From the sequence record EF437941: a stretch of 64,000 nucleotides of DNA. One strand, 5' to 3'. The notes below the pieces were generated by a model that ran no database searches, had not been told where the DNA came from, and was given only the letters and a program-made list of their open reading frames with translations. Shown here piece after piece: positions 19,675-29,660 of the stretch. This DNA comes from Escherichia phage Phi1. Every line of letters begins with the position of its first letter. Positions within the stretch are counted from its first letter, which is position 1. Both the position numbers and the translations under genes were made by a program.

Positions 19675-20648
19675 TATACGAACTCCAATTCAACCATTAA
19701 TTGCATTAACAAAAAGACAATATGAATCTCTTTATCAGCCGCGTGCGCAAACATCTGATTATTTTCACCGATAATCTCAGTGAGACGAATAATAGAAGCT
19801 GGCTTAACTTGAGTATACAACTCATTATAAAGTTTCTTGACAAATTGAGCGTATGTATTGGTATATCGCGGTGCAAGTTTACGCACATTAGCAAACTGTT
19901 TAGTTTTAAGTGCTTCCACCACATCGGTTACTTCGGTATTGCTACTTTCGATAACCATGCTCAATACGCCAGCATCAATTTTACCATGTTTAGCGTAGCG
20001 ATCCAAAAGTTTCATTACGCGCCGGAAGTCTGGAAAGTTCTGCTTAACCAGTTCCGCTAATACGCGCATTTCTTCTACTGGCACACCTTCTTTATCAAGA
20101 ATTGCTTTACACCGGACGATCATTTCTTTCATCATGCGAAGCTGATCATCTTTAGTCGGAGATCCAAACGTGATGGGATCAAATCGAGATCGTAACGCCG
20201 GGATAATACCTTCTAGATCGTTTGCTGTGATAATGAATGTCACGTTGTTTGAGTATGCCTCAGAGAAACTACGCAAGTGTCTTTGAGCGTCAGCTAGCCC
20301 CGCTCGGTCATACTCATCGATAATAACAACTTTGCCTTTTTCTCGTTTTTCTTCATCGAGTGATACACTCTGCGCAAAGCGTGTAATCTCATCGCGGATA
20401 AAATCAATCTTACAATCTGCGCCGTTAACAAACAGATAATCAACACCCACATCTTCGCAAAGCGCCTTAGCAACGGTTGTTTTACCAGTACCCGGCGATG
20501 GGCTATGCAGAATCATTGAAGGGATTCGGCCTTGCTTAACAATCTGCGCGAAGATCTTTTTATCTGCTTCCGGCAGAATACATTCAGAAATTGATTTCGG
20601 ACGGTATTTCTGTTCCCACTGAAACTCATTTTCATTAACACTCAGCAT
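19674..20648 (-). CDS. 44: clamp loader large subunit gp44 (AAA+)
   Basis: Walker A SPSPGTGKTT, DEYD Walker B, SRC motif-like; internal ATG with GAGGTGA RBS. Confidence 0.9.
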   Translation of the reverse strand: MLSVNENEFQWEQKYRPKSISECILPEADKKIFAQIVKQGRIPSMILHSPSPGTGKTTVAKALCEDVGVDYLFVNGADCKIDFIRDEITRFAQSVSLDEEKREKGKVVIIDEYDRAGLADAQRHLRSFSEAYSNNVTFIITANDLEGIIPALRSRFDPITFGSPTKDDQLRMMKEMIVRCKAILDKEGVPVEEMRVLAELVKQNFPDFRRVMKLLDRYAKHGKIDAGVLSMVIESSNTEVTDVVEALKTKQFANVRKLAPRYTNTYAQFVKKLYNELYTQVKPASIIRLTEIIGENNQMFAHAADKEIHIVFLLMQLMVELEFV

Positions 20649-20713
20649 ATAATCACCTCTCACAAATTACATCATTAAAACGGGGAGTATTTACACTCCC
20701 CACAAACATTATA

Positions 20714-21403
20714 TTAGTCGGTGTAGCTGGAGTCAAGGTCACACGCGATCATATAAGATACGGTTTCACTTGCCAGCCATACAGCCTTACGGCGAGTGAA
20801 GCTCAGTTTGTAATCGCCGAAGTCAGTAGCAACCAGTTTCATGTTATCTTTACGAATAAAGAAATGGAAGTCTGCGGTTCCGGTATATTCGCCCATATCA
20901 AGACAAAACATCTCATTAGGATTATTTTTGTCAATCTCTTCCCAGCCTTTGATCATAAGACGACCATCAATCGGCAGAAATTCAAGGCGATCCACTTTAA
21001 GCTGATTGCTCATTTTCATAAGCTGTTTCAGATCGTCGTTGCTCAGTTCGTAATCTACATCGCTTGCAGGTGGAGTAACTCGGCCTTTCGGTGACACGAT
21101 AGCGGCAGCACTAGCACCAGGATAATTAATTTTCAGACGATCATTAGACACACGAATGTTTCCGGTGCGGTCATCAACCGTAATATCTGCTTCATCGCCT
21201 ACCAGATTCAGAATACCCAGGAAAGAGTTAAGATCATAGATCCCAATTTCGTGTTCCAGTTCTTGATTCAGAGTCGCTTCACCATATACAACGTTTGTCA
21301 TGTTTTTGGTGATCAGGACGTTTCCTTTTTTCAGGATGATACCTGGGTTAATAGCGGAAAAGTTTTTCAGGGTAGCAATGGTTTCTTTAGTCAGTTTCAT
21401 CAA
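20714..21403 (-). CDS. 45: sliding clamp gp45
   Basis: 229 aa; position and size. Confidence 0.85.
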   Translation of the reverse strand: MMKLTKETIATLKNFSAINPGIILKKGNVLITKNMTNVVYGEATLNQELEHEIGIYDLNSFLGILNLVGDEADITVDDRTGNIRVSNDRLKINYPGASAAAIVSPKGRVTPPASDVDYELSNDDLKQLMKMSNQLKVDRLEFLPIDGRLMIKGWEEIDKNNPNEMFCLDMGEYTGTADFHFFIRKDNMKLVATDFGDYKLSFTRRKAVWLASETVSYMIACDLDSSYTD

Positions 21404-21430
21404 ATCACCTTTATCATGTTAATCAATTAA

Positions 21431-21808
21431 TTACGGGTTTACTTCGTGTTCGTTACGAATCTTGAGCATTTTGTTTTGGAAGTTTTCCGCAGCTTGCTCA
21501 TCAATATTATGAGTATACTTAAATCCAATGTATGCTGTCAAGTATTGTTGCAGAGCATAGACAGTAACAGGATTCTTTGCGGTCTTCTTGCCTTCTAGAT
21601 ATACCAGATCACCACGAACATCAAACGCAAGTTTACGACGAATCACATTATCAACAAACTCATCAACAACAAAATGCCAAATGTTGCTATCGGTTCCAAT
21701 ATCAAAATTAACCACACAGCCATGTTTGACATAATCAAACGGTATCGGGAATAGTTTATAGTCAAGTTCGATAAACATTAATTGTTCTTTTAAGCTCATA
21801 CGTTTCAT
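21431..21808 (-). CDS. hypothetical protein (rpbA position)
   Basis: ORF downstream of gene 45; start ambiguous. Confidence 0.5.
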   Translation of the reverse strand: MKRMSLKEQLMFIELDYKLFPIPFDYVKHGCVVNFDIGTDSNIWHFVVDEFVDNVIRRKLAFDVRGDLVYLEGKKTAKNPVTVYALQQYLTAYIGFKYTHNIDEQAAENFQNKMLKIRNEHEVNP

Positions 21809-21812
21809 TCTA

Positions 21813-22190
21813 TCACTTCCCATCAGCAATTGCGATCAGACGAGTTACTACTACGCTAGCGGCTTCAATCAGCAGTTCATCAGTGTCAATCTGATAACCC
21901 TTTTCGAGAATATCTTTACCTCGAATAGTTTTAGCGCCTTTAGCAATTGAATCATTATAATACTTGCGCATTGCCGCGATCCATTCTTTTTGCACCATAT
22001 CGTCAATATGCGCGTACAGTTCAAAGCGTGCTTGCTGCGGGATAACCTTCATTTTAGCTTTCTCGCTTTCCGGCATTTGTAGTACCCACGCTTTACGGAT
22101 CTTATTCATTGCTCGGTCAAATTCGAGGCTGGTTTTCTTGTTCTGAATGTCTGCTACAGTAATTTTAGCCAGGTTTGCGGAAGTAGTCAT
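21813..22190 (-). CDS. hypothetical protein
   Basis: ORF 21813..22205 with start moved to ATG after GGAGA RBS. Confidence 0.5.
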   Translation of the reverse strand: MTTSANLAKITVADIQNKKTSLEFDRAMNKIRKAWVLQMPESEKAKMKVIPQQARFELYAHIDDMVQKEWIAAMRKYYNDSIAKGAKTIRGKDILEKGYQIDTDELLIEAASVVVTRLIAIADGK

Positions 22191-22220
22191 AATATTAATC
22201 TCCAAAATAAAATCAGTATA

Positions 22221-22451
22221 TCACGTTCTAAAGTTTGTTGCAACCCCAGCATCAGGGTAATCAAGTTTATCTAAGTTGGGGACCAGCATAAACTCATGAT
22301 GACGACAAGACAACATTTTTGTTATGTCTTCATCGCTGTATATGCTGTTTTTCATATCCCCCATACTAACTACATATTCTTCACCGGAATATAGATTGAT
22401 TAAGGTATACAATTCTAACTCCGGCTGCGTTACTCTGTCAAATGTTAACAT
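22221..22451 (-). CDS. hypothetical protein
   Basis: 76-aa ORF. Confidence 0.45.
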   Translation of the reverse strand: MLTFDRVTQPELELYTLINLYSGEEYVVSMGDMKNSIYSDEDITKMLSCRHHEFMLVPNLDKLDYPDAGVATNFRT

Positions 22452-24120
22452 TCATTTCAGTGAATCGCCCACGTTTAACCATCTTGAGATGACGGCTAAA
22501 ATCATCAGGGTTATGGTCACGATGGCTGATAATATACACGTTATCATCTAACTTGTCAATGATGGAATCAAGTGCTTTTACGCCTTGAACGTCCGTAGCC
22601 CCATCATAAATTTCGTCGAGTACCAACAAAGAAATATTAGTACCAGATACCTTACCAGCAACATCACGCCATGTAAAGAGCATCGCAAGATCAATACGTG
22701 CTTTTTCGCCTTGACTGAATGATGTATACGAAAACGATTCACGCCCCCGTGATTTGATTGTTTCGTTAAACTCTTCATCTAGCGTAAAGATATAATCCGC
22801 TTCCATGATATCAAGATAATACGCAATCCGATCATTGAAATATGGAATATATTTCTTGACGATAGACGCCTTAACACCGGAATCTTTCAACATTTCTGTT
22901 ACAAATCCACGGTGATATTTTTCAAGAACTAGCTTTGATTTTTCATTAGTGATCTCTACCAGTTCGTGTTCCAGTTTAGCAAGTTCTTCGGAATTGTCAA
23001 CCCTTTCTTTTTGCAATTCTTGCATTGCTTTCTGGATCTGCTTAGCACGACCTACAGATGCCGTTAAATTCGCTCTCTGTAACTCTATAGCGCGTTTAAT
23101 TTCCAAGACCTTAGTTTGTGCTGTCTGGAAAGAATTGGCCTTCTCTGCGTACTCTACGCGTTTCTCGTCAATCAGAGACAGTTTATGTTCTGCTTGTGCT
23201 TTTTGTTCGCGTACAGCTTGATCATTACCCTGAATGATCGGTTGTGTGCACGTAGGACAGATCCCGCCTTTCTCATGCATATGAATAACACGGTCAAAGT
23301 TCTGGATCTGCGCACCAATCTGTGCGATGGCCGTATTAATTTTAGCCAATGCCGCGCTAGGATCTTCCGGCATAACAACAGCCAATAGCTCATCGGTCAA
23401 GCGCGTTTCTTCGGCTTTAAACGCTTTAGCTGATTCTACTTCTTTCTCGTACATATTCTGCAAACGCTGTAGATTCTCGGCACTCGCCTTGCTAGCGTCT
23501 TCTATGTACTTTTTATGAGTGTTGATTTGTTGCTGAACGTGATTAGCTTTCATTTCCTGCATTTGGATATTCTGGGTAATCTCGCGCACATACGCTTTAT
23601 TCAGTTTATCCATTTCGCCTAGCGTAGCAATATCTAATAGGTCTTCTACCAGTTTACGGCGACCCGCTGCCGGAAGACTCATAAACGGAACATAACCAGC
23701 AGTGCCTAAAACAACGATCTGTTTGAAGCTGGCTAGGTTCATGCCTATGATACCTTCAAAATATTCCTGAAAGTCTTTGGTGCTTGCGCTCTCGTCGATC
23801 TTTTGACCGTCGCGATGCACTTCGAATACTTCCGGCTTTTGACCACGTTTGATATAAAACTCTTTCCCGTCCAGTTCAAACCAGACTTCGACTAACAGTT
23901 TCTTTTTGTGAACGCTGTTAATCAATTGGCCTTTCTTGATACTACGAAACGGTTTACCGAACAACACAAAGCAAAGCGCCTCGATCATTGTTGATTTACC
24001 AGCACCGTTAACACCAGTGATTAGTGTCTTTTTGAATCCGTCTAGCTGAATCTCTACAGGTTCAGCACCCACGCTCATTATATTTTGATAGCGCAAGGTT
24101 TTAAAATTTAACTTTGCCAT
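22438..24120 (-). CDS. 46: recombination endonuclease subunit gp46 (Rad50/SbcC-like ATPase)
   Basis: 560 aa; Walker A GVNGAGKST, coiled coil with CPTC zinc hook, signature and D-loop at C-terminus. Confidence 0.9.
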   Translation of the reverse strand: MAKLNFKTLRYQNIMSVGAEPVEIQLDGFKKTLITGVNGAGKSTMIEALCFVLFGKPFRSIKKGQLINSVHKKKLLVEVWFELDGKEFYIKRGQKPEVFEVHRDGQKIDESASTKDFQEYFEGIIGMNLASFKQIVVLGTAGYVPFMSLPAAGRRKLVEDLLDIATLGEMDKLNKAYVREITQNIQMQEMKANHVQQQINTHKKYIEDASKASAENLQRLQNMYEKEVESAKAFKAEETRLTDELLAVVMPEDPSAALAKINTAIAQIGAQIQNFDRVIHMHEKGGICPTCTQPIIQGNDQAVREQKAQAEHKLSLIDEKRVEYAEKANSFQTAQTKVLEIKRAIELQRANLTASVGRAKQIQKAMQELQKERVDNSEELAKLEHELVEITNEKSKLVLEKYHRGFVTEMLKDSGVKASIVKKYIPYFNDRIAYYLDIMEADYIFTLDEEFNETIKSRGRESFSYTSFSQGEKARIDLAMLFTWRDVAGKVSGTNISLLVLDEIYDGATDVQGVKALDSIIDKLDDNVYIISHRDHNPDDFSRHLKMVKRGRFTEMNVNI

Positions 24121-24364
24121 TAATCCACTCCGCGATCACACATTCCATAATATTAAATGCTAACACATCTTCATCAATGTTGTAAACACTTGCCGCCTTC
24201 ACTTTAACTAGTGTGTCTTTGCGATCTGGCAACATGATCACATAATCCAGTGTCGCAGGATCATATGTCATAAAGGGATCAATGTAAATCCCTTTATTCA
24301 ATGCCAGATATTCGCGAAGACCTTCTATAACCCTGTGTCTAAGGTAGGTCATCGATAGAATCAT
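24101..24364 (-). CDS. hypothetical protein
   Basis: 87-aa ORF. Confidence 0.45.
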   Translation of the reverse strand: MILSMTYLRHRVIEGLREYLALNKGIYIDPFMTYDPATLDYVIMLPDRKDTLVKVKAASVYNIDEDVLAFNIMECVIAEWINGKVKF

Positions 24365-24957
24365 TTTAGTTTATGTTCCTCTAAAAATTCTTCAATTTCA
24401 CCTTGCAGGTCTTCCGCTTGTTGTTCCAGAATATCGCGAAATTCACCTACAGTCAAGCGGTAATCACATTTCACCAGTCGATGTGGGAGAATATACCCTT
24501 TATACATCGTCTCTGACGCTTCCAGGAATACCCCACTATGCATGACAGAGATCCAACCTGTTAACGTCAATGGAGTATTAGGGAAATAATACTTGCTGGA
24601 TTGTTTCCACTGGACGAAAGCACCATATACAATCGGATTATATTCACCAACCACACTCTTAATAATGGATTCTACTTTGTCTTTTACAAAGTCGCCAATG
24701 CCCATAGTCACCATCAATTCTTGTGGGTGAATCACTTTAAGGTAACGACGGTAGCCGTCATCATACCACATCTTAACAACTGGCTGACCCCACATTTTAG
24801 CAATACGCGCTTTCAGATAACCATAGATCGGATTCTTGTAATATGATTGTTTTATTGTGTATGCGTGCACCAATTCAATAAAATATTCCATTGCTATCGA
24901 ATCAGGATCAGCCGCGACCATAGTCGTATTCATAATATGTTCCTCGTTCAATTTCAT
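24361..24957 (-). CDS. hypothetical protein
   Basis: 198-aa ORF. Confidence 0.5.
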   Translation of the reverse strand: MKLNEEHIMNTTMVAADPDSIAMEYFIELVHAYTIKQSYYKNPIYGYLKARIAKMWGQPVVKMWYDDGYRRYLKVIHPQELMVTMGIGDFVKDKVESIIKSVVGEYNPIVYGAFVQWKQSSKYYFPNTPLTLTGWISVMHSGVFLEASETMYKGYILPHRLVKCDYRLTVGEFRDILEQQAEDLQGEIEEFLEEHKLK

Positions 24958-25225
24958 ATTGTTTCAGGTCTTCTAAAAGTTCATCCACTGCTTGTTTCAG
25001 CACATGACGCAGCGTAAAGTAATAGCTTTCATCAAATTCTATTTCCGCGCGAGGAATAGAGCGAAACTTACACTTAACGGTAGTATCAGTGAGTCGCTTT
25101 TCGACCATCATCCGAACTTCTTCATGCTCTTTGGAATACCATACATCAACGGAGATCCCCTTACGTCGAGCAAACATAGGCAATGCCGCATTAAATTCCA
25201 TTACCTTTTGTGCAAGTGTTTTCAT
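24908..25225 (-). CDS. hypothetical protein
   Basis: 105-aa ORF. Confidence 0.45.
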   Translation of the reverse strand: MKTLAQKVMEFNAALPMFARRKGISVDVWYSKEHEEVRMMVEKRLTDTTVKCKFRSIPRAEIEFDESYYFTLRHVLKQAVDELLEDLKQYEIERGTYYEYDYGRG

Positions 25226-25485
25226 CGTACAGACCCCATAGATCCACGCGCAATAACATTCTGGGTAATATCAGCAACCTTACGGGATACGATGTTTGTT
25301 AGCCCCTCTTTGGTGATATTTTCACGATCAAATGGGATTTCGTCATGAGTCCACAAACCATAGTTAGATCGAAATGATAGCATATACTGACCATCTCGCA
25401 CAACTTCAAATACATGGATCTTAGTGAATTTCGATAAACCTTCGTTGATTTCTTTCAGTGCATTAGCAATCATAACAACCTCCAA
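25222..25485 (-). CDS. hypothetical protein
   Basis: 87-aa ORF. Confidence 0.45.
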   Translation of the reverse strand: MEVVMIANALKEINEGLSKFTKIHVFEVVRDGQYMLSFRSNYGLWTHDEIPFDRENITKEGLTNIVSRKVADITQNVIARGSMGSVR

Positions 25486-25527
25486 TCAATTTTTAGAGAG
25501 TATAACGGGGATTTCTCCCCGCGTCAA

Positions 25528-26553
25528 CTAACTTTTTGCGCTATTTACTTCGGCTAAAAGTTCATCAGAAATACGCTTAACTGCCGCAAGTTCTTCCGGT
25601 TCTAGGTTTTGTTCTTCCAGATATTCGTAGACCATCTGAATAGTGCTTTTAACTTCAATAACACCTGTTTCCTGTGATGCGCTACTCTCCAGCTTATGGA
25701 CCACTTTTAGCTTGTGTACAACGGCCTCTAACGCGCTTTCTAACTTACTTAACCCATTATCAGCAACCGTTGCGATAAGACGCACACTAAGCCCCTTAAA
25801 GCGTTCTACATCGATTTTATCATCTGACGGGTAAGTGATACGCACATGATAAGTTTTGTCATTCTGGATAAACTCTTTTTTGTGTGTATCGGTATCGAAT
25901 ACCCAAAACCCACGCGGATCGTTTTCGTCACCCGCCGTTAGTGTGTATGGTGTACCAATATACGTTACGTTACCGCCATCACTGATAGTATGAAAGTGAC
26001 CGGAAAACACTTCACGGTATTTCTTTAGGAAGTCCGCGCTATAACCTTCGGATTTTAGACCTTTATAGAAATAGTAACCGGACAATTCCCAATGGCCTAC
26101 ACAATATTCGCTGAATGAGTTTTGAATAAACTCTAAAATCTCTGATTTGTTATCATCACAAAACCACGGGAACAGATCAAATGATACACCATCAAAGGTG
26201 AATGTTTCCGGCTTATCAATAACTTTAATACAATCATACTGGCTTAACACTTCACGCGGTGCGTTAGGCTGGATCTTGTTTCGTTTAAACATATCATGAT
26301 TCCCAACCGTGATATAACAAGTAATACCAGCCTCTTCCAGTAGCGGGATAATTTTCGTTCTATTAAAACGCATAGTTGCATGTGTGATTGCTTTTCGGCA
26401 ATCAAACCAGTCCCCTGTCTGAATCCATACCTTAATATTATGCTCTTTGGAGTATTCAACCGCTTTCTTGATGGTATCAAGAATATACTCATGCACCCAC
26501 GGATCATCGCCACCGATACCAGTATGCAGATCACCTAAAAGCAAAATTTTCAT
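25528..26553 (-). CDS. 47: recombination nuclease gp47 (Mre11/SbcD-like)
   Basis: 341 aa; calcineurin-like phosphoesterase motifs GDLH, GDWFD, GNHD. Confidence 0.9.
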   Translation of the reverse strand: MKILLLGDLHTGIGGDDPWVHEYILDTIKKAVEYSKEHNIKVWIQTGDWFDCRKAITHATMRFNRTKIIPLLEEAGITCYITVGNHDMFKRNKIQPNAPREVLSQYDCIKVIDKPETFTFDGVSFDLFPWFCDDNKSEILEFIQNSFSEYCVGHWELSGYYFYKGLKSEGYSADFLKKYREVFSGHFHTISDGGNVTYIGTPYTLTAGDENDPRGFWVFDTDTHKKEFIQNDKTYHVRITYPSDDKIDVERFKGLSVRLIATVADNGLSKLESALEAVVHKLKVVHKLESSASQETGVIEVKSTIQMVYEYLEEQNLEPEELAAVKRISDELLAEVNSAKS

Positions 26554-26599
26554 AGTCTCTTCCTCTCTTCGTTTTCGATGCTCTCACTATATCACAGAA

Positions 26600-26625
26600 A
26601 AATAAAAAGGGAAACCCCTTTCAGA
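26600..26625 (-). terminator. weak hairpin/terminator
   Basis: AAAGGGGTTTCCCTTT followed by T-run on minus strand. Confidence 0.3.
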
Positions 26626-26643
26626 GTCTCCCTTATAAAGCCA

Positions 26644-26958
26644 TTACAGCATACTTAATACCGTTTGCCTTGTACTAATCCACATAGCAGAAAGCAGTTC
26701 TGGCGTGTGTGGCTGTTTGTAGATATCACGTAACTTTCCGATAGCGTAGATATACGCATCACGGTTATCATCGATGATAGCTTGTTCAGCCCACCGCTTA
26801 AGGCGTGCAATCTCTCGCGAGTTCTTACGCAAGATCTTTTCCGCTTTCTTAGCGGCTTTAGCCTCTAGTTCTGCTTGTACTTTGTCTACTTCATTCACTG
26901 CAATCTGGTCATGCTGTTCATCGTAAGTCATGTTATTTTCCTTCCGGGATATAGTCAA
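26644..26958 (-). CDS. hypothetical protein
   Basis: 104-aa ORF. Confidence 0.5.
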   Translation of the reverse strand: MTISRKENNMTYDEQHDQIAVNEVDKVQAELEAKAAKKAEKILRKNSREIARLKRWAEQAIIDDNRDAYIYAIGKLRDIYKQPHTPELLSAMWISTRQTVLSML

Positions 26959-27166
26959 TTATTAAAGAAAATTCATCTTCTGATACATTATAGCTATGTG
27001 AGATTGTACCCGTCAAGACCTCAAGATCCGGTGATTTGATATTGCACGGATCGATAATCACCGGAACACCGCAATCTCTCAAAAATAATTTGGCGAAATA
27101 CGGCACAAGGTCAGTTTCAAACTCGGCTTCTTCCAGCAAACGGGAAATGTTAATTTTCAATCTCAT
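26933..27166 (-). CDS. hypothetical protein
   Basis: 77-aa ORF. Confidence 0.45.
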   Translation of the reverse strand: MRLKINISRLLEEAEFETDLVPYFAKLFLRDCGVPVIIDPCNIKSPDLEVLTGTISHSYNVSEDEFSLIIDYIPEGK

Positions 27167-27683
27167 AAAATTGGTCCAGGCTAGGCAATTCCTCGGTCAA
27201 TACATCTTCAACCTTTGGCGCTTTCGGTTTATTGACCGATTCCTCGTAGTTGTTGATTTTATCGTAAATGTCCTGTATGAATGCCTCATCAGCAATCTGG
27301 CACATATCAGCGTCGCGTTCGTCATATACATGATGCACAAAATATTTGTATTTTGCGGCTGTCGCTGTTCTTTCTTTTTTAATGCGCTGCACAAAAGCAT
27401 TAAAGCACGCTTGCGTGATGTAAGCATGAGGATTTTTATACTTTGTCTCGTCAAAATTAATCAAACCCTTGACCGCCGCTTCGATTCCGTCGTCGATCAT
27501 TTCTTCGCGCCATGTTTGACTATAACCAGAAAAGTTAAAACGCCGTGATAGATTTTTAGAGATTTGCATAATTGCCAGGCCGATTTGATCGCTCATTGGC
27601 ACTTGCCGACCTTCTGCTGCAATTCGTTGTTTCCAACGGCAAATTTCTTCGTAAAGCTCTTTATTGTTTACATAATCAGACAT
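27150..27683 (-). CDS. 55: late-transcription sigma factor gp55
   Basis: 177 aa; strong similarity to T4 gp55 as remembered ([31 protein letters not shown]). Confidence 0.9.
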   Translation of the reverse strand: MSDYVNNKELYEEICRWKQRIAAEGRQVPMSDQIGLAIMQISKNLSRRFNFSGYSQTWREEMIDDGIEAAVKGLINFDETKYKNPHAYITQACFNAFVQRIKKERTATAAKYKYFVHHVYDERDADMCQIADEAFIQDIYDKINNYEESVNKPKAPKVEDVLTEELPSLDQFYEIEN

Positions 27684-27723
27684 TTCGCACCCTCGCTATT
27701 ATTTAGGAAATAACCCTTTCGGG

Positions 27724-29193
27724 CTATTCCCCATTGCCATTATACTTTCTTTGCTTAGTTATCCACACTCTAACCATCTCTACTGATTCGCCGTCAGAGG
27801 GATCAAGAGTTTTTCCTTTTTTCTTCATGCGGTACTTAAATCCGTTAAATCTTGCATTCTCTTGCTCGTTAAAGTCGAACATCTTTTTAAATGATTTTCT
27901 CCCTTTACGCTCACCGCATTCTAGCGGAATCATTCGATCTGTTATTACATTGGCATTAGGCAGAAACGTTTTTAGATAATCCACCAACGCCCAATCAGGA
28001 ACATATAGATTAACATTCTCCTTGCTCTCGTTGTCTCTCAGGTTACAACGCAAACATAATTGAAATGCTGGTTCCAGATAATCAGACACATGACGCGCTT
28101 TCAAAAACTCGTTTGTCGGGAGATCACAACTATTAGCAAGACCTTTTAAAATATCAATCTCCCATCGTTGAGGGTTAAAGCTGAACATCACAGCAACATT
28201 TTTATGATGAATGTAAGAGTTAAGACCATAAGATCCGTAAGGTATCCGCTCACCAATACCATTTGTGCACGCTTCACGGTCCCGATTCACGGTATAAATG
28301 AAGTCATCACCACATTCATTTTTAACCATATCAACAAGACGTTCAAAGGTATTGTTTGTTTCTGACTGGTGACGTGACCAGCGTTCGGAGTCCGTCATAA
28401 GGATGATGTTAACTCTATCTGTATTTTTATACTCTTTGAAATATAGTCTGGATTCTAGCGCACTCGGAACAAAATCGCAATTTGCATAGTATCGTAGATA
28501 CTTCCCACTATATGTATCAAAGAGATTTGCACATGCTATCGTAACCTTTTTAAAGTCTCCCCACGTAACGTGTTTGTTATCGTTCAAGAAAACAATTTTC
28601 GACCCATTCTTCCGGTGTCCTTCGTTATGTTTTACCATAACGTTGATTTTCTTCTCTAATAACGCCTCATAAAGCCCTCTAAGAGAAGAATCGATCATAT
28701 CAGTACCATCCTTTGCACTTTCTATCTTTTCTTTGATAGCGGCCTTCTCAGAGTCTTTTAGAACTAAGTTCTGTAGGCATTCCGATTCGTCGGCGATTGG
28801 TTCGCAATGCTTCGTGATAAGTTCAAGATTAGACTTAAACGGATACTCATTAAATTCAACCAGTTGAGGAACTTCATCAATGTAAAGAGCATATTCACCA
28901 AACATTTTTGAACGTTCCATATTAGATAACGCTGTATGTGTAATGAATATCACATCAGCACCATCTTTAACTGATTGCATTATAGACGCTTGCACTGTCT
29001 TAAGGCTTCTTAGTCTTGTGCTATCAATCAAGACAGCACGACCGCCCATTCTTTTAAACTTATTGTAAGATTGTTCACTTAAAACACGAGATGGCGAAGC
29101 AATAACCGCTTTTTCTTTTGTCTCTAGGACGTGGGAAAGTATAGCATCAGTTTTCCCCGCCGCTGGCAATGCGATTAATGTTTCAATCTTCAT
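27724..29193 (-). CDS. P-loop NTPase, helicase-like (function unknown)
   Basis: 489 aa; Walker A ALPAAGKT at residues 8-15, SPSRVL (motif Ia-like), YIDEVPQ Walker B; remaining 370 aa without motifs I recognise. Confidence 0.65.
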   Translation of the reverse strand: MKIETLIALPAAGKTDAILSHVLETKEKAVIASPSRVLSEQSYNKFKRMGGRAVLIDSTRLRSLKTVQASIMQSVKDGADVIFITHTALSNMERSKMFGEYALYIDEVPQLVEFNEYPFKSNLELITKHCEPIADESECLQNLVLKDSEKAAIKEKIESAKDGTDMIDSSLRGLYEALLEKKINVMVKHNEGHRKNGSKIVFLNDNKHVTWGDFKKVTIACANLFDTYSGKYLRYYANCDFVPSALESRLYFKEYKNTDRVNIILMTDSERWSRHQSETNNTFERLVDMVKNECGDDFIYTVNRDREACTNGIGERIPYGSYGLNSYIHHKNVAVMFSFNPQRWEIDILKGLANSCDLPTNEFLKARHVSDYLEPAFQLCLRCNLRDNESKENVNLYVPDWALVDYLKTFLPNANVITDRMIPLECGERKGRKSFKKMFDFNEQENARFNGFKYRMKKKGKTLDPSDGESVEMVRVWITKQRKYNGNGE

Positions 29194-29498
29194 TAGAAAC
29201 CCTTACGTCGTGCTTTCTGGCATTTCTTAATCATTTTATCAGAAATTTCGCGCTTAGGTGCAATCTCTTTCACACCGAAAGCACTAATGCCAAATTCAGA
29301 GAGAATATATTCAACCAACAATTCACGCACACGCGCTTTACCGATATTCACGCCGTTATTTTTCAGATATGTCTGGCCTTCGACTTGCATCAGATCTAAG
29401 TCTGCGTCGGTAATATTGATTTCTTCCATGCGCCCAAATCGAGAATAAACCATGTGTGCGATTGCATTGTGTACTAACATAATATATTCCTCACTCAA
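29193..29498 (-). CDS. hypothetical protein, translationally coupled to NTPase
   Basis: 101-aa ORF whose stop overlaps NTPase start. Confidence 0.5.
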   Translation of the reverse strand: MSEEYIMLVHNAIAHMVYSRFGRMEEINITDADLDLMQVEGQTYLKNNGVNIGKARVRELLVEYILSEFGISAFGVKEIAPKREISDKMIKKCQKARRKGF

Positions 29499-29501
29499 GA
29501 A

Positions 29502-29660
29502 TTACTTAATGATACTTACTTTACCAGATCCGTGACAATGAGCGCAACACCCATCACCACGCAATCCTGTTCCGTTACAGTGTTTACACTTCTTCAACGG
29601 TAAAGCCATTATAGCAAATAAAGCAATAATGAACACAGAAACTAAATTCTCAATAATCAT
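29502..29660 (-). CDS. small membrane-anchored zinc-finger protein (52 aa)
   Basis: manual translation: N-terminal hydrophobic segment then CKHCNGTG...CAHCHGSG (DnaJ-type CxxCxGxG x2); GAGGG RBS. Confidence 0.4.
   Translation of the reverse strand: MIIENLVSVFIIALFAIMALPLKKCKHCNGTGLRGDGCCAHCHGSGKVSIIK

Noticed and set aside
26244-26534. 96-aa minus-strand ORF inside gene 47
   Set aside because: Alternative frame fully embedded in the conserved gp47 phosphoesterase ORF
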